NCBI GenBank assembly: GCA_018818785.1
Contig: JAHIRF010000002.1
Coordinates: 67,122 to 131,121, forward strand
DNA: 64,000 bases
Source of the DNA: Thermoplasmatota archaeon
GTDB lineage: Archaea > Thermoplasmatota > Thermoplasmata > UBA10834
Reading direction: 5' to 3'
The notes beneath the pieces are model-generated. The model made no database searches. It was not told the DNA's origin and was given only the letters and a program-made list of their open reading frames with translations. Below are positions 1 to 10,596 of the stretch, one piece after another (position 1 is the stretch's first letter; each line of letters starts with the position of its first letter). Position numbers and translations under genes: made by a program.

Positions 1-395
1 AAAAGAGTGCACTTCGAGTGCGACCTATGGATTGGGGCATGTCCCTGACAAAGGGACGAATTGACCATAGTGCGGGAAAACCGCGAATAGAGGCGTGTCC
101 GACAGTCCCCACGGGTCCGCGACGATCAAGGGATTTGGGAAGAAGATAGTCGATAACGAACAGGGATTGCGGGACATTTCAACATAGAGGCCTTTTCTAG
201 TCCAGTCCCTATGAAACCCTGCGATTCCGAACCTTCTGAAACTTATCTGTGCAGACGACTCCATCCTATATTCATTAGTGCTATTCGGTGTGTTTCGCAG
301 TGATAGAATGTCATGCGCCCGATGCTACGCTACTCAACTAACCAAGAGATAAATAGAACTGACAAGGGGTTTGAGTTCTGAAGCGCGGATCCCCG

Positions 396-1448
396 TCATA
401 AGTGTGGGTTGTCCCCGCAATGGCCTTGACCTTCACCGCCGCTGTCGCCGCCGTTGCCTCCGCCTGGACCTGTATCCATCAACTGGCCAAGCAAAACCCA
501 TGCGTTGTTCACACCGGCGACCACAGAGACCCCGCCGAGGCCAATGCCGAGGTCGGCATACAATGCCACATCCACCTCCTCACCGGTCTCGTCCTTTATG
601 GTTATATTCCAATCTCCACCGGGGTTCGTCTCACTTGCCCACTCTTCGTTTGACACCAGGCTGACATAAGGATGTACGTCGTCGAACAGGACGCCATCAC
701 CTATGTACAGGTGACCGACAGCGAAGTCAACCGTGTACCAAGGATTATTGCCGCCAATCTCTCCGACATACTTCCCTTCCTCATTAGGGTCCTGTACAAC
801 TTTTCCGAGTTGCACGTCAACACGGTAATTGCCTTCCGGTGCTCCCTCCGTGTTCCACAGCATTCCGTATATCAGATTCCCGTGCTTGTTCACTTCGCGG
901 CCCAGTTCGCTGAAAATGACTCTATCGTATGTTTCGTTCCAGCCTGCTTCGAAACTTCGGCTGTATGGCTCATCTCTGGAAGGTGTCTCTGGCGACAATA
1001 CCTCGGTGATGGTTACACGTATGTACGACACCGACACCATCCTCGTATCATTTAATCCAGCGGAGTCATTCAAGAGGAAGCTCTGCTGGCTCCAATACCC
1101 CTCCTCCCAGTACTCAGGGTATGTTTCTGGAGAGTACAAATGTTCGTACTCATCCGTCAGGTTTATCTGCCCTTCATCAATGAGCCTTGGGTCACCTCCG
1201 AAACCGGTCATGTTTATGATCATCATCTCGATCCTGACCAGACCGCCGGTTCTCCATTGCGGCGCGAACACCATATTGTCCGCGAAGTACACTGCGCACG
1301 ATATCGATCCACTACCTGGTGGTGGCATCGTGATTATCATGGGATCCCCTTCTTCATGACCAGAGCTTTTCGCACCGACCATGAATGCCGAAGGCAGGAC
1401 CAACATGAAAGCCGCAATTGCCACAGCCGTAGCTCTCGTGTATCTCAT
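396..1448 (-). CDS. Hypothetical secreted/surface protein, acidic, Gly-rich C-terminus
   Basis: Long ORF; probable start MRYTRATAVAIAAFMLVLPSAFMVGA looks like a signal peptide; no family recognised. Confidence 0.7.
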   Translation of the reverse strand: MRYTRATAVAIAAFMLVLPSAFMVGAKSSGHEEGDPMIITMPPPGSGSISCAVYFADNMVFAPQWRTGGLVRIEMMIINMTGFGGDPRLIDEGQINLTDEYEHLYSPETYPEYWEEGYWSQQSFLLNDSAGLNDTRMVSVSYIRVTITEVLSPETPSRDEPYSRSFEAGWNETYDRVIFSELGREVNKHGNLIYGMLWNTEGAPEGNYRVDVQLGKVVQDPNEEGKYVGEIGGNNPWYTVDFAVGHLYIGDGVLFDDVHPYVSLVSNEEWASETNPGGDWNITIKDETGEEVDVALYADLGIGLGGVSVVAGVNNAWVLLGQLMDTGPGGGNGGDSGGEGQGHCGDNPHL

Positions 1449-1878
1449 TTCCTTACCACTCCCCCATTTCCTCTCGGGCACCAGAGCGTTCTGGTACCCA
1501 AATCTTATTACGCCGCTATAGTACTAAATACCTCTAGTACAATCCTCGAAATATCACCGCAGTCAGTACATTCGGAAAAGTGCACACGCGTTGAAGGTCG
1601 GATGACACGACGGAGGCGCGAGATTTCCTCCGGACCTGCACCCTCCCGACAGGTCGTACTGTCGGCGCACAGGCTGATAGGGGGTGGCCTTTGCGACTCG
1701 CTCTTTTGTTCATCGGTAGTACCTCATGAGTCATAATTGTCGTAATAGATAGTCAACGCTGCCATACTGCAGGGGTTCTAGAAACGCACAGAGATGCGGC
1801 AGCTCAGAGGAGCTAGAACAGACTGTCCGTGTTATCTCGCGCCTACGGCCCTCTAATCGCGCCGTCGAGGGACTTGGT

Positions 1879-1929
1879 AAGAAAAGAATGCGAACATAAG
1901 GTTTTGGACGGAGGGAAAACCTTACGTTC
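1879..1929 (-). terminator. Hairpin plus U-rich tract downstream of RNase P RNA
   Basis: Minus strand GAACGUAAGGUUUU / AAAACCUUAUGUUC stem (1929-1892) followed by AUUCUUUUCUU. Confidence 0.6.
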
Positions 1930-1941
1930 TGTACCTCATAG

Positions 1942-2265
1942 TGCCAGGTGAAGGACATAAGCCCCTTTCTGTTCACCTCTTTCGAGGCTGATGGCATTCG
2001 ACTAATGCACTCTACCCGCCGACGATGAGAATCGTTTCGGCCGTTTGAGCTTGCTCCGGTGGGGTGTCGCCGTTTCAACAAATCCTCGGGAGACTTCATC
2101 CTCAATGGAATCATCACATTATCCCGAGGCTGTGCCGTTTCTGTGCCCTTGCCAGGACTCTCGCCCTGCTGCTCTGGCAGCCCACCTTCTCTTGGAGAGG
2201 GGACTTTCCTCAGCCGACTCGTTCTGAGAACGAGTCTACCGTCAGCCATCCGCCTTCTCCTGGCA
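1942..2265 (-). ncRNA. rnpB: RNase P RNA (archaeal type A)
   Basis: Minus strand has GAGGAAAGUCC, ACAGAAA, UGAAACGG, GAGCAAG and AACAGAAAGGGGCUUA conserved regions; P1 ends UGCCAGGAGAAGG / CCUUCACCUGGCA pair; TATA-like TTTTGTATA about 25 nt upstream. Confidence 0.96.
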
Positions 2266-2322
2266 AGTGTTATCAAGACCATCCCTATACAAAAGCCTTT
2301 CCAGTGGGAGTCAGTATGATGT

Positions 2323-2799
2323 TCAGATGCTCCTGGCATCTGTAAAAGCTGTTTTGATGGTGACCTGTCCATCGACTAGATCGAAAGTCGCAGACCGGCC
2401 CCTATTGCCGTGGAGATCCTCTGCGATAATCTTGATTCCGAGTTCCTTGAGGCCCTTCTTGACCTCACGGCAGTTATCTCCTCCGATATCGCTGATATGA
2501 ACGTTAAGATTGGGAAACATCTGAGCGCCGCCGACAAGCTTGGCCCTTATTCGTTCCTTCCGCGCGCCCTTTGCGATCATGTCTCTGAAAAGCTTCTTGA
2601 CGCCCGTATCAGCATACTTGCCCTCGTTCTCAACCTTCAAAGGCGCTCGGGGAAGTAGGATGTGTACGACTCCGCCGAGTCTCATCTGATGATCATACAA
2701 GAACACGGCGACGCAGGATCCGAGTCCCATGCAGCATATCTGCTCCGGTGCCCTCGCAACGGCAATTTGCGATATGCCCACGAGGATCGGCTCTTTCAT
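2323..2799 (-). CDS. cheD: Chemoreceptor glutamine deamidase CheD
   Basis: GLGSCVAV, HILLP, KYAD, GGAQMF motifs. Confidence 0.95.
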   Translation of the reverse strand: MKEPILVGISQIAVARAPEQICCMGLGSCVAVFLYDHQMRLGGVVHILLPRAPLKVENEGKYADTGVKKLFRDMIAKGARKERIRAKLVGGAQMFPNLNVHISDIGGDNCREVKKGLKELGIKIIAEDLHGNRGRSATFDLVDGQVTIKTAFTDARSI

Positions 2800-3407
2800 C
2801 TCATCGTGTCTCCCATCTTTTCTAGTATGGTGTCTAGCATCTGCTGCTCTGGAAGGAGCAGGAAATACCCGTCGAACTCCTTCTCGAAGCTCTTGAATAC
2901 CGTGTGTACTGCAATGACCGAGTCCACCTCGATCTCAAGATTTGCTAGCGGAAGGTCGATGATGGCGCCGAGCATATCTATGGACACATCTGGTGGTGCT
3001 GGTATAAGGTCAGTATCTATCATTTTCGAGACAGCGACAAGGTACCAGCAGAGGCATATGTTGCCTATCTCCCTGAGGGCGGATGCATGTATCTGCGATA
3101 GATTGGATAGGTTGATTTCCTCGTTGGTCAGATGCTTCATGAGGATTGCTGCGGAATTGTCTGATAGAACCACGAGGACTCCGCCTCGAAGATCACCGCA
3201 TAGCTGCGTATAAACGCCGACCACGATCTTGTCCGAACCACCGAGCCATTCACCGACCTCTGAGAACTTCAGGAAGTTGCACGAGGTCACTTCGTTCACG
3301 ATTTCGATATCCAGGAGAGATGCGAGTGCAGTGGCCGCGTTTCCTGCGCCAACGTTGGCAAACTCCTTCACGATCCCCAATACCTTGCTCTCGTCTATCT
3401 CCTTCAT
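2796..3407 (-). CDS. cheC: CheY-P phosphatase CheC
   Basis: Two ExxN repeats (KEFANVGAGNAATAL, REIGNI). Confidence 0.93.
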   Translation of the reverse strand: MKEIDESKVLGIVKEFANVGAGNAATALASLLDIEIVNEVTSCNFLKFSEVGEWLGGSDKIVVGVYTQLCGDLRGGVLVVLSDNSAAILMKHLTNEEINLSNLSQIHASALREIGNICLCWYLVAVSKMIDTDLIPAPPDVSIDMLGAIIDLPLANLEIEVDSVIAVHTVFKSFEKEFDGYFLLLPEQQMLDTILEKMGDTMR

Positions 3408-3412
3408 CTCAA

Positions 3413-5341
3413 TCAGTCTCCGAGGATTGAATCCATGTCCAGTATGAGCGCGATCTTTCCGCTGCCCAATATCGTTCCGCCGGATATGCCTCTGGTATTC
3501 CTCAAGTGCTTATCCAAGGATTTAACGACTATCTGTTGATGCCCAATGAGTTCATCGACCCTGATTGCTGCGCGTCTTTCACGGCTCTGGACTATCAGAG
3601 TGTTGATGCTGTCCTTCTTGGGCGCAAGTTCCAATGCAAAGAAATCGTACATGTCGATGAGAGGCAGCACCTCTCCTCTCAGTTGCACGACCTCTCTGTT
3701 GCGTATGAGCCTTACCTCTGGTCCTTGGAAGCAATGGGATTCGACTACGGAACTCATAGGCGCTGCGTAGATCTGCCCTCTGATCGAGATCATCATCGCT
3801 TCTATGATTGCAAGGGTGAATGGCAGCCATAGCGAGATGGTCGTACCCGCCCCTTTCGAAGTGGACATCATCACAGAGCCTCCAAGGTTCTCGACACCCT
3901 TCTTGACGACATCGAGACCCACCCCTCTGCCGGATGTCTCCGATACTTCAGTCTTGGTGGTGAATCCTGGCAGGAACATTAGCTCGATCAGTTCTCGTCC
4001 GAGGGCGGCATCTGCCCTATCCTTGGTCATAAATCCCTTGGATACTGCACTCTGTCGTAGCCGGTCGAAATCCAATCCTTGCCCGTCATCCGTTATCTCT
4101 ATCAGTACATGGTCTTGTTGCTTGGATGCGACCACTCTGATCAGCCCTTTCGGATTCTTGCCTGCCTTCACCCTCTCATCGGGCATCTCGATCCCATGAT
4201 CGACTGCATTTCGGATTATGTGGATTATGGGTTCGGATATCCTGTCTACGACTGTTCTGTCGAGCTCAATATTCCCCCCTTCGACTACGAGCTCGGCCTC
4301 CTTGGTTTGGTTTTTTGCCAAGTCTCGGACCATCCTTGGGAAGCGACTCATAACATAATCGAGCGGTATCATCCGAATGCCCAGAACTTTCGCCTGGATA
4401 CCCGAAGTAAGAGAATCGATCAATGACGATATGTCCTGGAGTTCATAATCGTCGCTCGATGAGGCCATCTCGACTAGTCTGCTTCGGCCTATGACAAGCT
4501 CGCCGACATCATCCAGGAGCTCGTCCAGCTTATCCATCCCTACCTTCACGGTCTGTACAAGGGATGCATCATGGCCGTCCTTGGTCTTTTTCTCTTGCTT
4601 GGGCACTCTCTTCAACTGGTTCTTCTGAGTGCCAGTCTCCCCTTCGAGGAGTTGCTCGACATCAATCATGTTCGCTATTCTTGACAGGACTTCTCGGTAG
4701 TTATCTGCAGGGTCAACTTCTATGACCAATTCGTCGAATGGTCGCTCGTTCTCGATGTCGTTCTCAGATGGTGTCATGCTGAGGATCGATGCACCCTTCT
4801 CTAGCTCCTTCATTATCACTATTGCTCTGGCGGAGGGCAGGGCGCATCTGCGTGCAAGTCTTATCCTGATCACATTTCCTTTCGGAGCCGCCTTCTCTTC
4901 GACTGCGGGGCCCTTCTTCTTCGAGGTCTTCTTCATCTCCTGGGGTTGATTGGTCAGCGATCTCAGATTAATGAGAAGATCGGGATTATCACCAACCTCA
5001 AGGGTACGTTCGACCTCCGAGACCATGGCTTCTAGCCCATCGATACCCTTGAATATGCCCTCGACCACCGCCTCATTTACTGGCAAATCCCCATCTCTGA
5101 TCGCTGCGAGGATGTCCTCCATCGCATGCGCTGTCTCAGAAATCGCAGTGAGATTCATCATGCTCGCCATGCCTTTGAGCGTATGGCAAGCCCTGAACAT
5201 CTGATCTATGAGTTCTTTGTCTTCGCCGCTCGATTCGAGCGCGATGACCGCCTCATTGAGTGAGCGTAGGTACTCCCTAGACTCGCTCACGAAGAGTTTC
5301 GAGTACTTGTTGAGATCGAACTCCTTTGTCAGTTGTATCAC
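3413..5341 (-). CDS. cheA: Chemotaxis histidine kinase CheA
   Basis: Hpt FRACHTLKG, HIIRNAVDHG, DDGQG, SGRGVGLDVV, C-terminal CheW domain. Confidence 0.97.
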   Translation of the reverse strand: MIQLTKEFDLNKYSKLFVSESREYLRSLNEAVIALESSGEDKELIDQMFRACHTLKGMASMMNLTAISETAHAMEDILAAIRDGDLPVNEAVVEGIFKGIDGLEAMVSEVERTLEVGDNPDLLINLRSLTNQPQEMKKTSKKKGPAVEEKAAPKGNVIRIRLARRCALPSARAIVIMKELEKGASILSMTPSENDIENERPFDELVIEVDPADNYREVLSRIANMIDVEQLLEGETGTQKNQLKRVPKQEKKTKDGHDASLVQTVKVGMDKLDELLDDVGELVIGRSRLVEMASSSDDYELQDISSLIDSLTSGIQAKVLGIRMIPLDYVMSRFPRMVRDLAKNQTKEAELVVEGGNIELDRTVVDRISEPIIHIIRNAVDHGIEMPDERVKAGKNPKGLIRVVASKQQDHVLIEITDDGQGLDFDRLRQSAVSKGFMTKDRADAALGRELIELMFLPGFTTKTEVSETSGRGVGLDVVKKGVENLGGSVMMSTSKGAGTTISLWLPFTLAIIEAMMISIRGQIYAAPMSSVVESHCFQGPEVRLIRNREVVQLRGEVLPLIDMYDFFALELAPKKDSINTLIVQSRERRAAIRVDELIGHQQIVVKSLDKHLRNTRGISGGTILGSGKIALILDMDSILGD

Positions 5342-6396
5342 TCCTCTATGAAATCTATCATTCTTCTGGGAATGTCATCCAGTGGCAGCACTTCGTCCGC
5401 TGCGCCTGCACGTATTACCGCGTTGGCCATTCCGAATATCACCGACGATTCCTCGTTCTGAACGATGACCCTGCCGCCATATCTCTTGATGACCTCTGCA
5501 CCTTTTGCACTATCTGACCCCATGCCGGTCAGAACGATGCCCAAAAGCTTCTGTCCATAGCATCGTGCCGCAGTCTCGAATAGGATATTCGCAGAAGGCC
5601 TGACAAACTGTACCGGCGGACCATCGTCCAGCTTCATCATGATTCCCTTGCGCTCCTTCGGTTCAAGTATAAGATGTGTGCCGCCAGGTGCCAGATATGT
5701 TGTATCGTTCTCGACAAAGACCCCATCCACTGCGAGTCTCACCGATGGACCCTGCACTGAATCCAGTCTTTTCGCGAAAAGGGTCGAGAATTCTATGGGC
5801 AGGTGTTGAACGATGAACATCGATGCTGGGAGGTTCTTAGGCAGTATGGAGAAGACTGTCTCGAGAGCTCGCGGACCTCCTGTGGATGCGGCCAATACGA
5901 TGGCCTTAGTCTTAGCACGAACATCCGGCGTCTTCTCAGGTCCAGTTGTGAGCAGACGGGTGGTGATGCTCTCCATCTTGAGCGCATCCAGCTTCGCCCT
6001 CGCTATGGTCCTCAGATGGTTTGCGATTCTAGCCTTGTAGTTGATTATGTCTATGGATATGGTTCCGCTCGGTTTGGGTATGAAATCGACTGCTCCCTGG
6101 GACAATGCTCTCAGTGGCAGCTGGCCATCCAACTTGTCCATTGCGCTGAGCATGACGACCCTTGTGGGTCTGTTTTTCATTATCATCTGGAGGGTCGTGA
6201 GCCCATCCATACGAGGCATCTGTATGTCAAGGAGTACGATATCTGGCCTGAGGCGCTCGACCTTCTCGAGCGCTTCGACGCCATCCTTTGCTGTATCTAC
6301 GACGGTCAGTCCTTCCTCTGACTCCAACATGTCGCGTAGAACTACTCGCATATACGCGCTATCGTCGACGACGAGGATCTTGACCGAGTCAGGCAT
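5338..6396 (-). CDS. cheB: Chemotaxis methylesterase CheB (REC + esterase)
   Basis: VVDDS, LDIQMP, ASTGGP, VQHLP, LTGMGSD. Confidence 0.97.
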   Translation of the reverse strand: MPDSVKILVVDDSAYMRVVLRDMLESEEGLTVVDTAKDGVEALEKVERLRPDIVLLDIQMPRMDGLTTLQMIMKNRPTRVVMLSAMDKLDGQLPLRALSQGAVDFIPKPSGTISIDIINYKARIANHLRTIARAKLDALKMESITTRLLTTGPEKTPDVRAKTKAIVLAASTGGPRALETVFSILPKNLPASMFIVQHLPIEFSTLFAKRLDSVQGPSVRLAVDGVFVENDTTYLAPGGTHLILEPKERKGIMMKLDDGPPVQFVRPSANILFETAARCYGQKLLGIVLTGMGSDSAKGAEVIKRYGGRVIVQNEESSVIFGMANAVIRAGAADEVLPLDDIPRRMIDFIEE

Positions 6397-6406
6397 CAGA
6401 CACCTC

Positions 6407-6772
6407 TCACATGCCCATCTGCAGGACCGCGTTCACGGATTCGAGAACATCATCGGCTGTGAATGGTTTCATTATGAAGTCTAGAGCGCCGGCTTCCAGC
6501 GCTCTCATGACGGTCTTCTGGTGGCCTAGCGCGGAGACCATGATGATCTTGACCTTGTCATCGGCCTCCTTGAGTCTCTTGACGGTTTCGATGCCATCAG
6601 TCTCCGGCATCACGATATCCATCGTGATGACATCTGCCCCGAACTTCTTGAAGAGCTCAAGCGCTTCATCTGCATTCTTTGCTTCCATGACCTTGTGTCC
6701 GCCGTTCTCAAGGATGTTCTTGATCACTCTACGCATGAATTCGGAATCGTCTACCACGAGAACCGTTGCCAT
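6407..6772 (-). CDS. cheY: Chemotaxis response regulator CheY
   Basis: Single REC domain (VVDDS, TMDIVMP, KPF); start placed at MATVLVVDD. Confidence 0.93.
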   Translation of the reverse strand: MATVLVVDDSEFMRRVIKNILENGGHKVMEAKNADEALELFKKFGADVITMDIVMPETDGIETVKRLKEADDKVKIIMVSALGHQKTVMRALEAGALDFIMKPFTADDVLESVNAVLQMGM

Positions 6773-6773
6773 C

Positions 6774-7241
6774 TTATCGTCCTCCTTCAGGGGTTTCATT
6801 CGGTGATAATTCCAATATCTTGACCGGATCGATAATGGTTATCAGTCGATCGCCCAACTTGGCGATGCCGCGGACATATTCGGACTCAAGCGAATCGGCA
6901 ACGTATGATGGGGGTGCCTCCACATCCGATGCGGACAGCCTCAAGACCTCGGATACTTCATCGACGAGGAACCCCACAGGGGCGTCAGGTGCCTCGACCA
7001 CCACAATCTTTGTCGCCTCGCCAGGAGATTTCGTTTCTAACCCTAACCTCTTCCTGAGATCTATTATCGTCACCAGCTTCCCTCTAAGGTTCATGACTCC
7101 CTCTATGTATGATTGGGTTCGGTGCACCTTAGCGATCTCATCCAGGTCCTTTATCTCTTTGACACTGACGATATCGAATGCGTACTCTTCCTTTCCAAGT
7201 CTGAAGACTATGTATTGCTGGGTCGGAGTCGGTTGGTCCAT
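6774..7241 (-). CDS. cheW: Chemotaxis adaptor CheW
   Basis: GVMNLRGKLVTIIDL, GFLVDEVSEV. Confidence 0.96.
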   Translation of the reverse strand: MDQPTPTQQYIVFRLGKEEYAFDIVSVKEIKDLDEIAKVHRTQSYIEGVMNLRGKLVTIIDLRKRLGLETKSPGEATKIVVVEAPDAPVGFLVDEVSEVLRLSASDVEAPPSYVADSLESEYVRGIAKLGDRLITIIDPVKILELSPNETPEGGR

Positions 7242-9202
7242 CAGTTCCGCTCCTTCTTTCCAGACGTTCCAGTCTCTTCATGCACTTGTTCGATGATTTC
7301 CTGATTGACGGTGGATATGCTCTTTGTGATTTCATTCAAGGCGTTGGCGAGGTCGGCGAGATCCTGAGCTGAGGCAGTCAGTTCTTCCATTCCCGCAGCG
7401 ACTTCTTCTGTTGATGCGGAGACCTCTTCGACAGATGATGAAGTCTCATTCGCTATACTGGCGACCTCATCGAGATTCTTCGCAAGGCTCTCAGTAAGGG
7501 CCTTCTGCTCTTCCGTCGATGAGCTTATCTCCTGAACCATGGCAGCCGTCTCCTCTACAGTGGCCGCTATGTCCTCGAGCGATTTGAGTGCGTCAGAAAT
7601 TGTCCTCGTTCCTTCGGTGACATTCATTCGGGTCTGATCCATCTTGTGGGTGCTAGAATCGATGTCTCGCTCGACTGATTCGAGTAATCCCTGAATCTGG
7701 CTTGCTGCCTTTCTGGACCCTTCTGCGAGCTTTCGCACCTCATCTGCGACGACGGCGAAGCCTCTTCCATGTTCCCCTGCCCTTGCAGCCTCTATTGCCG
7801 CGTTGAGTGAGAGCAAGTTGGTCTGTTGTGCTATATTAGTGATTATCATGACAATCTCGGCGATCTCCTTGGACTTCTTGGATAGAGCGTTCATTGCCTC
7901 AGCGGTCTCTTCGACACTGGTCAGCAGACTCTTTATCCTCTGCAGCGCATCCTCGGCAGACCTGCTGCCATTCTGTGCCACATCGCTTGCATCCTCGGAC
8001 GCTCTGGCTGCGTTTTGAGAACTCTGGACCACATCGTATATCGCTTTCGTCTGCTCGCCAAGCATCCTCACCATCTCATCGACCTTGGCCGCCTGTATCT
8101 GGGCGCCCATCGAGGTTTGGGTGACAGAGGTTGATACCTGTTGGGTAGCGTCCGTCATGTGCTTGGCGGTCTCCGCGAGGATGGCTGATGATTCGAGGAT
8201 CGTCTTCGATGCGACCTGTATCTGTTCCGTGAGCGTGATGAGGTTCGTCCTCATCTTTCTGAAGCTGCTTACGAGTCTTGCAAGATCGCCTTTTGCCTCG
8301 GCGTCGATATCAACTGTCCAGTCACCTGCCGAGATCGCCTCGGCGCTTTCGATGAGTTTCTGGAGAGGCTTCGAAGTATTATCGATGAGAAGATTCATGG
8401 CCTTCACGAGGTCGCCTATCTCGTCATTACTTACCTTGAGTTCCAACCTGGTCGTGAAATTACCCTCAGAGATTGTCATAGCTGCCTTGGAAACAGTCAC
8501 AATCGGTCTTGTGACCGTAATCGAAACGAACATGGATATGATCGATATTATGATGGCGACCGAAGTGCTTCCGATGATTGTCCAGAATATGCTAGTCTTT
8601 ATGGTCTCCTCAGCGACGATGTTCATTAGGGATGCACCATCGACGCATGTCTCAATGAGATCGTTCATCGCGGAGTTGATGGCTACCATCTCGATGGTGG
8701 CATCGTGCATGGATGCGGCTGCTGCAACATAATCTGCATAATCTAGTTCGCTGAGGACGGCGCTGAGTGCTGTCTGATATTGAGCCCATCTGGTATCTAT
8801 GGTGCTGAGGGCCGCCGTCTGAGCAGTCAACAGGTCCTGCCTTCCTTGATTGGTCACTATCTCAGCCATATTTGGCAGGACATTGAAGCTGTAGCTCTGT
8901 TTGAATATTGAGACGAAACTGTTGAAATCCTGCACTTGGGTCAACAGGACAATCCTATATTGTGTCGCCCCGAGGGAACCATGGTTCACATAATACAGGA
9001 TGAACATGTTTTCCACCTCTGCGAGTGTGGTGGATCCGTTGGCGATGAATGAGGCCACCTGCATGTTCTCAGTATAGAGGACCTCAACGTTTCCTTTGAT
9101 GTTGTTCAAACCGTCAAGGGCAAGAAAGCTAAGGCCTGCCACGGGCACCAATACCAGAACGAGTATCACAGACACTAGTTTCGCAGTGAGGGGGAATCTC
9201 AA
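7241..9202 (-). CDS. Methyl-accepting chemotaxis protein (2 TM, helical sensor, HAMP domains)
   Basis: [35 protein letters not shown] hairpin; HAMP motifs DEIGDL and GDLARL; TTG start with GGTGA upstream. Confidence 0.96.
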   Translation of the reverse strand: MRFPLTAKLVSVILVLVLVPVAGLSFLALDGLNNIKGNVEVLYTENMQVASFIANGSTTLAEVENMFILYYVNHGSLGATQYRIVLLTQVQDFNSFVSIFKQSYSFNVLPNMAEIVTNQGRQDLLTAQTAALSTIDTRWAQYQTALSAVLSELDYADYVAAAASMHDATIEMVAINSAMNDLIETCVDGASLMNIVAEETIKTSIFWTIIGSTSVAIIISIISMFVSITVTRPIVTVSKAAMTISEGNFTTRLELKVSNDEIGDLVKAMNLLIDNTSKPLQKLIESAEAISAGDWTVDIDAEAKGDLARLVSSFRKMRTNLITLTEQIQVASKTILESSAILAETAKHMTDATQQVSTSVTQTSMGAQIQAAKVDEMVRMLGEQTKAIYDVVQSSQNAARASEDASDVAQNGSRSAEDALQRIKSLLTSVEETAEAMNALSKKSKEIAEIVMIITNIAQQTNLLSLNAAIEAARAGEHGRGFAVVADEVRKLAEGSRKAASQIQGLLESVERDIDSSTHKMDQTRMNVTEGTRTISDALKSLEDIAATVEETAAMVQEISSSTEEQKALTESLAKNLDEVASIANETSSSVEEVSASTEEVAAGMEELTASAQDLADLANALNEITKSISTVNQEIIEQVHEETGTSGKKERN

Positions 9203-9406
9203 CGAATCACCTTGACAACACTCGGGTGAGATTCATTTGTACTTTCATTCGAAAGCCTTCTGAGCACCCGCATCATGGTCAAAATCACCCTGGACAATAT
9301 AAAAGTATGTCGTCCAGAAACTCATTATTGAGGATATGAGATTCTTCACCACCTGCAGCATAGCGAAGCAAGAGACTATCTAACCTGATTGGTATCTACG
9401 AATGGC

Positions 9407-10231
9407 ATGACGACGACTGATGATGAGGCGATAGCGCATATCCGTGATCATCTGCTGAAATCCCGAGGAATCGACATATCTGGTTATTCCCCTACTTTCA
9501 TGATGCGCAGTCTGAGGAAACGAATGGGTCGATCATCGATGCCAGATGTCGGATCCTACGTCGATCTGCTTATCCACGATGATGCCGAGACAACTGAACT
9601 GATAAGCGCTCTTTCCATAAATGTGACCGAATTCTTCCGTGACGATGGGGCATTCGAGGCGCTTTCTGAGAAGATCATACGTCCCTTGCTCAGGTCAAAG
9701 CGGGAAACTGGGGGTATATTGCGAATATGGAGCGCTGGATGTGCCACGGGTCAGGAGACCTATACGATTGCAATATGTCTTAATGAGGAGATGCGCCGTG
9801 CGAATATGCCGGAGGATATGGTTGCGAGCATAACTGGCACAGACATATCCGCGAGCGCACTGGCGTTCGCTAGAAAAGGCGATTATTCTGAATTGCAGGT
9901 GAAGAATGTCCCTGCGTACCTTCTCAAACGCTACTTTATCAAGAACGAGTCGTCCTATGAGATCAACGACCTTCTCCGAAAGAGAGTCAGGTTCATGAAG
10001 GAGGATCTGATGGAGACTCCCAAGAGCAAGTTCTTCGATGCGATAATCTGCAGGAATGTGCTCATCTACTTCTCTCGGCCTTCCCATGACGAAGTGATCG
10101 AGAATTTGCATGAATCACTTCGATCCGGCGGCTTCTTGATGCTTGGCAGGACGGAGGCACTCATGGGTCGTGTGAGGACCAGCTTCGAGATGATCGATCC
10201 CGAGAATAGAATCTTCGTTAAGGTGAGTTGA
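9407..10231 (+). CDS. cheR: Chemotaxis methyltransferase CheR
   Basis: INVTEFFRD, IWSAGCATGQETY, GTDIS, CRNVLIYF. Confidence 0.96.
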   Translation: MTTTDDEAIAHIRDHLLKSRGIDISGYSPTFMMRSLRKRMGRSSMPDVGSYVDLLIHDDAETTELISALSINVTEFFRDDGAFEALSEKIIRPLLRSKRETGGILRIWSAGCATGQETYTIAICLNEEMRRANMPEDMVASITGTDISASALAFARKGDYSELQVKNVPAYLLKRYFIKNESSYEINDLLRKRVRFMKEDLMETPKSKFFDAIICRNVLIYFSRPSHDEVIENLHESLRSGGFLMLGRTEALMGRVRTSFEMIDPENRIFVKVS

Positions 10232-10239
10232 ACAGATGC

Positions 10240-10527
10240 TCAAGCGAATGACAATTCGTCTGACATCGCATGAGCGATATCATCCTGCATCCGTTGGAGC
10301 TCGTCTTCTGAGAATTCGGAGAGTTCAGCGAGACTGGGTACTTCCACATCATTCATGAAATCTCTTATTGATTGATAATTTGCAGTCATCTGGGACTTGA
10401 TCTCGTCCTGCATACGGTCAATCTCATCGGAGGACATCATGGTGGAGATCATATTTGCGAGCGTGACCCCTTTCTCCTCAGCCTGGCTCATGAGTTTCTC
10501 AATTCCATAGCTAGACATATGCCTCAT
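10240..10527 (-). CDS. Small acidic Met-rich hypothetical protein
   Basis: Fills the intergenic gap, has an AT-rich TATA-like stretch upstream and an internal repeat. Confidence 0.6.
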   Translation of the reverse strand: MRHMSSYGIEKLMSQAEEKGVTLANMISTMMSSDEIDRMQDEIKSQMTANYQSIRDFMNDVEVPSLAELSEFSEDELQRMQDDIAHAMSDELSFA

Positions 10528-10596
10528 CCTTCGTATGACAATCGTCTGACGCAGTATTGTCGCTGACGATATATATTAATTGCTATGGATGATGGG

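Noticed and set aside
1625-1640. CAGGTCCGGAGGAAA on the minus strand resembling SRP RNA helix 8
   Set aside because: It lacks the GGAAGG-AGCAG completion and I could not build the flanking SRP helices; nearby hairpins (1610-1665, 1775-1819) match no RNA family I recognise.
1731-2372. 213-aa minus-strand ORF
   Set aside because: It overlies the RNase P RNA and has no protein-like features.
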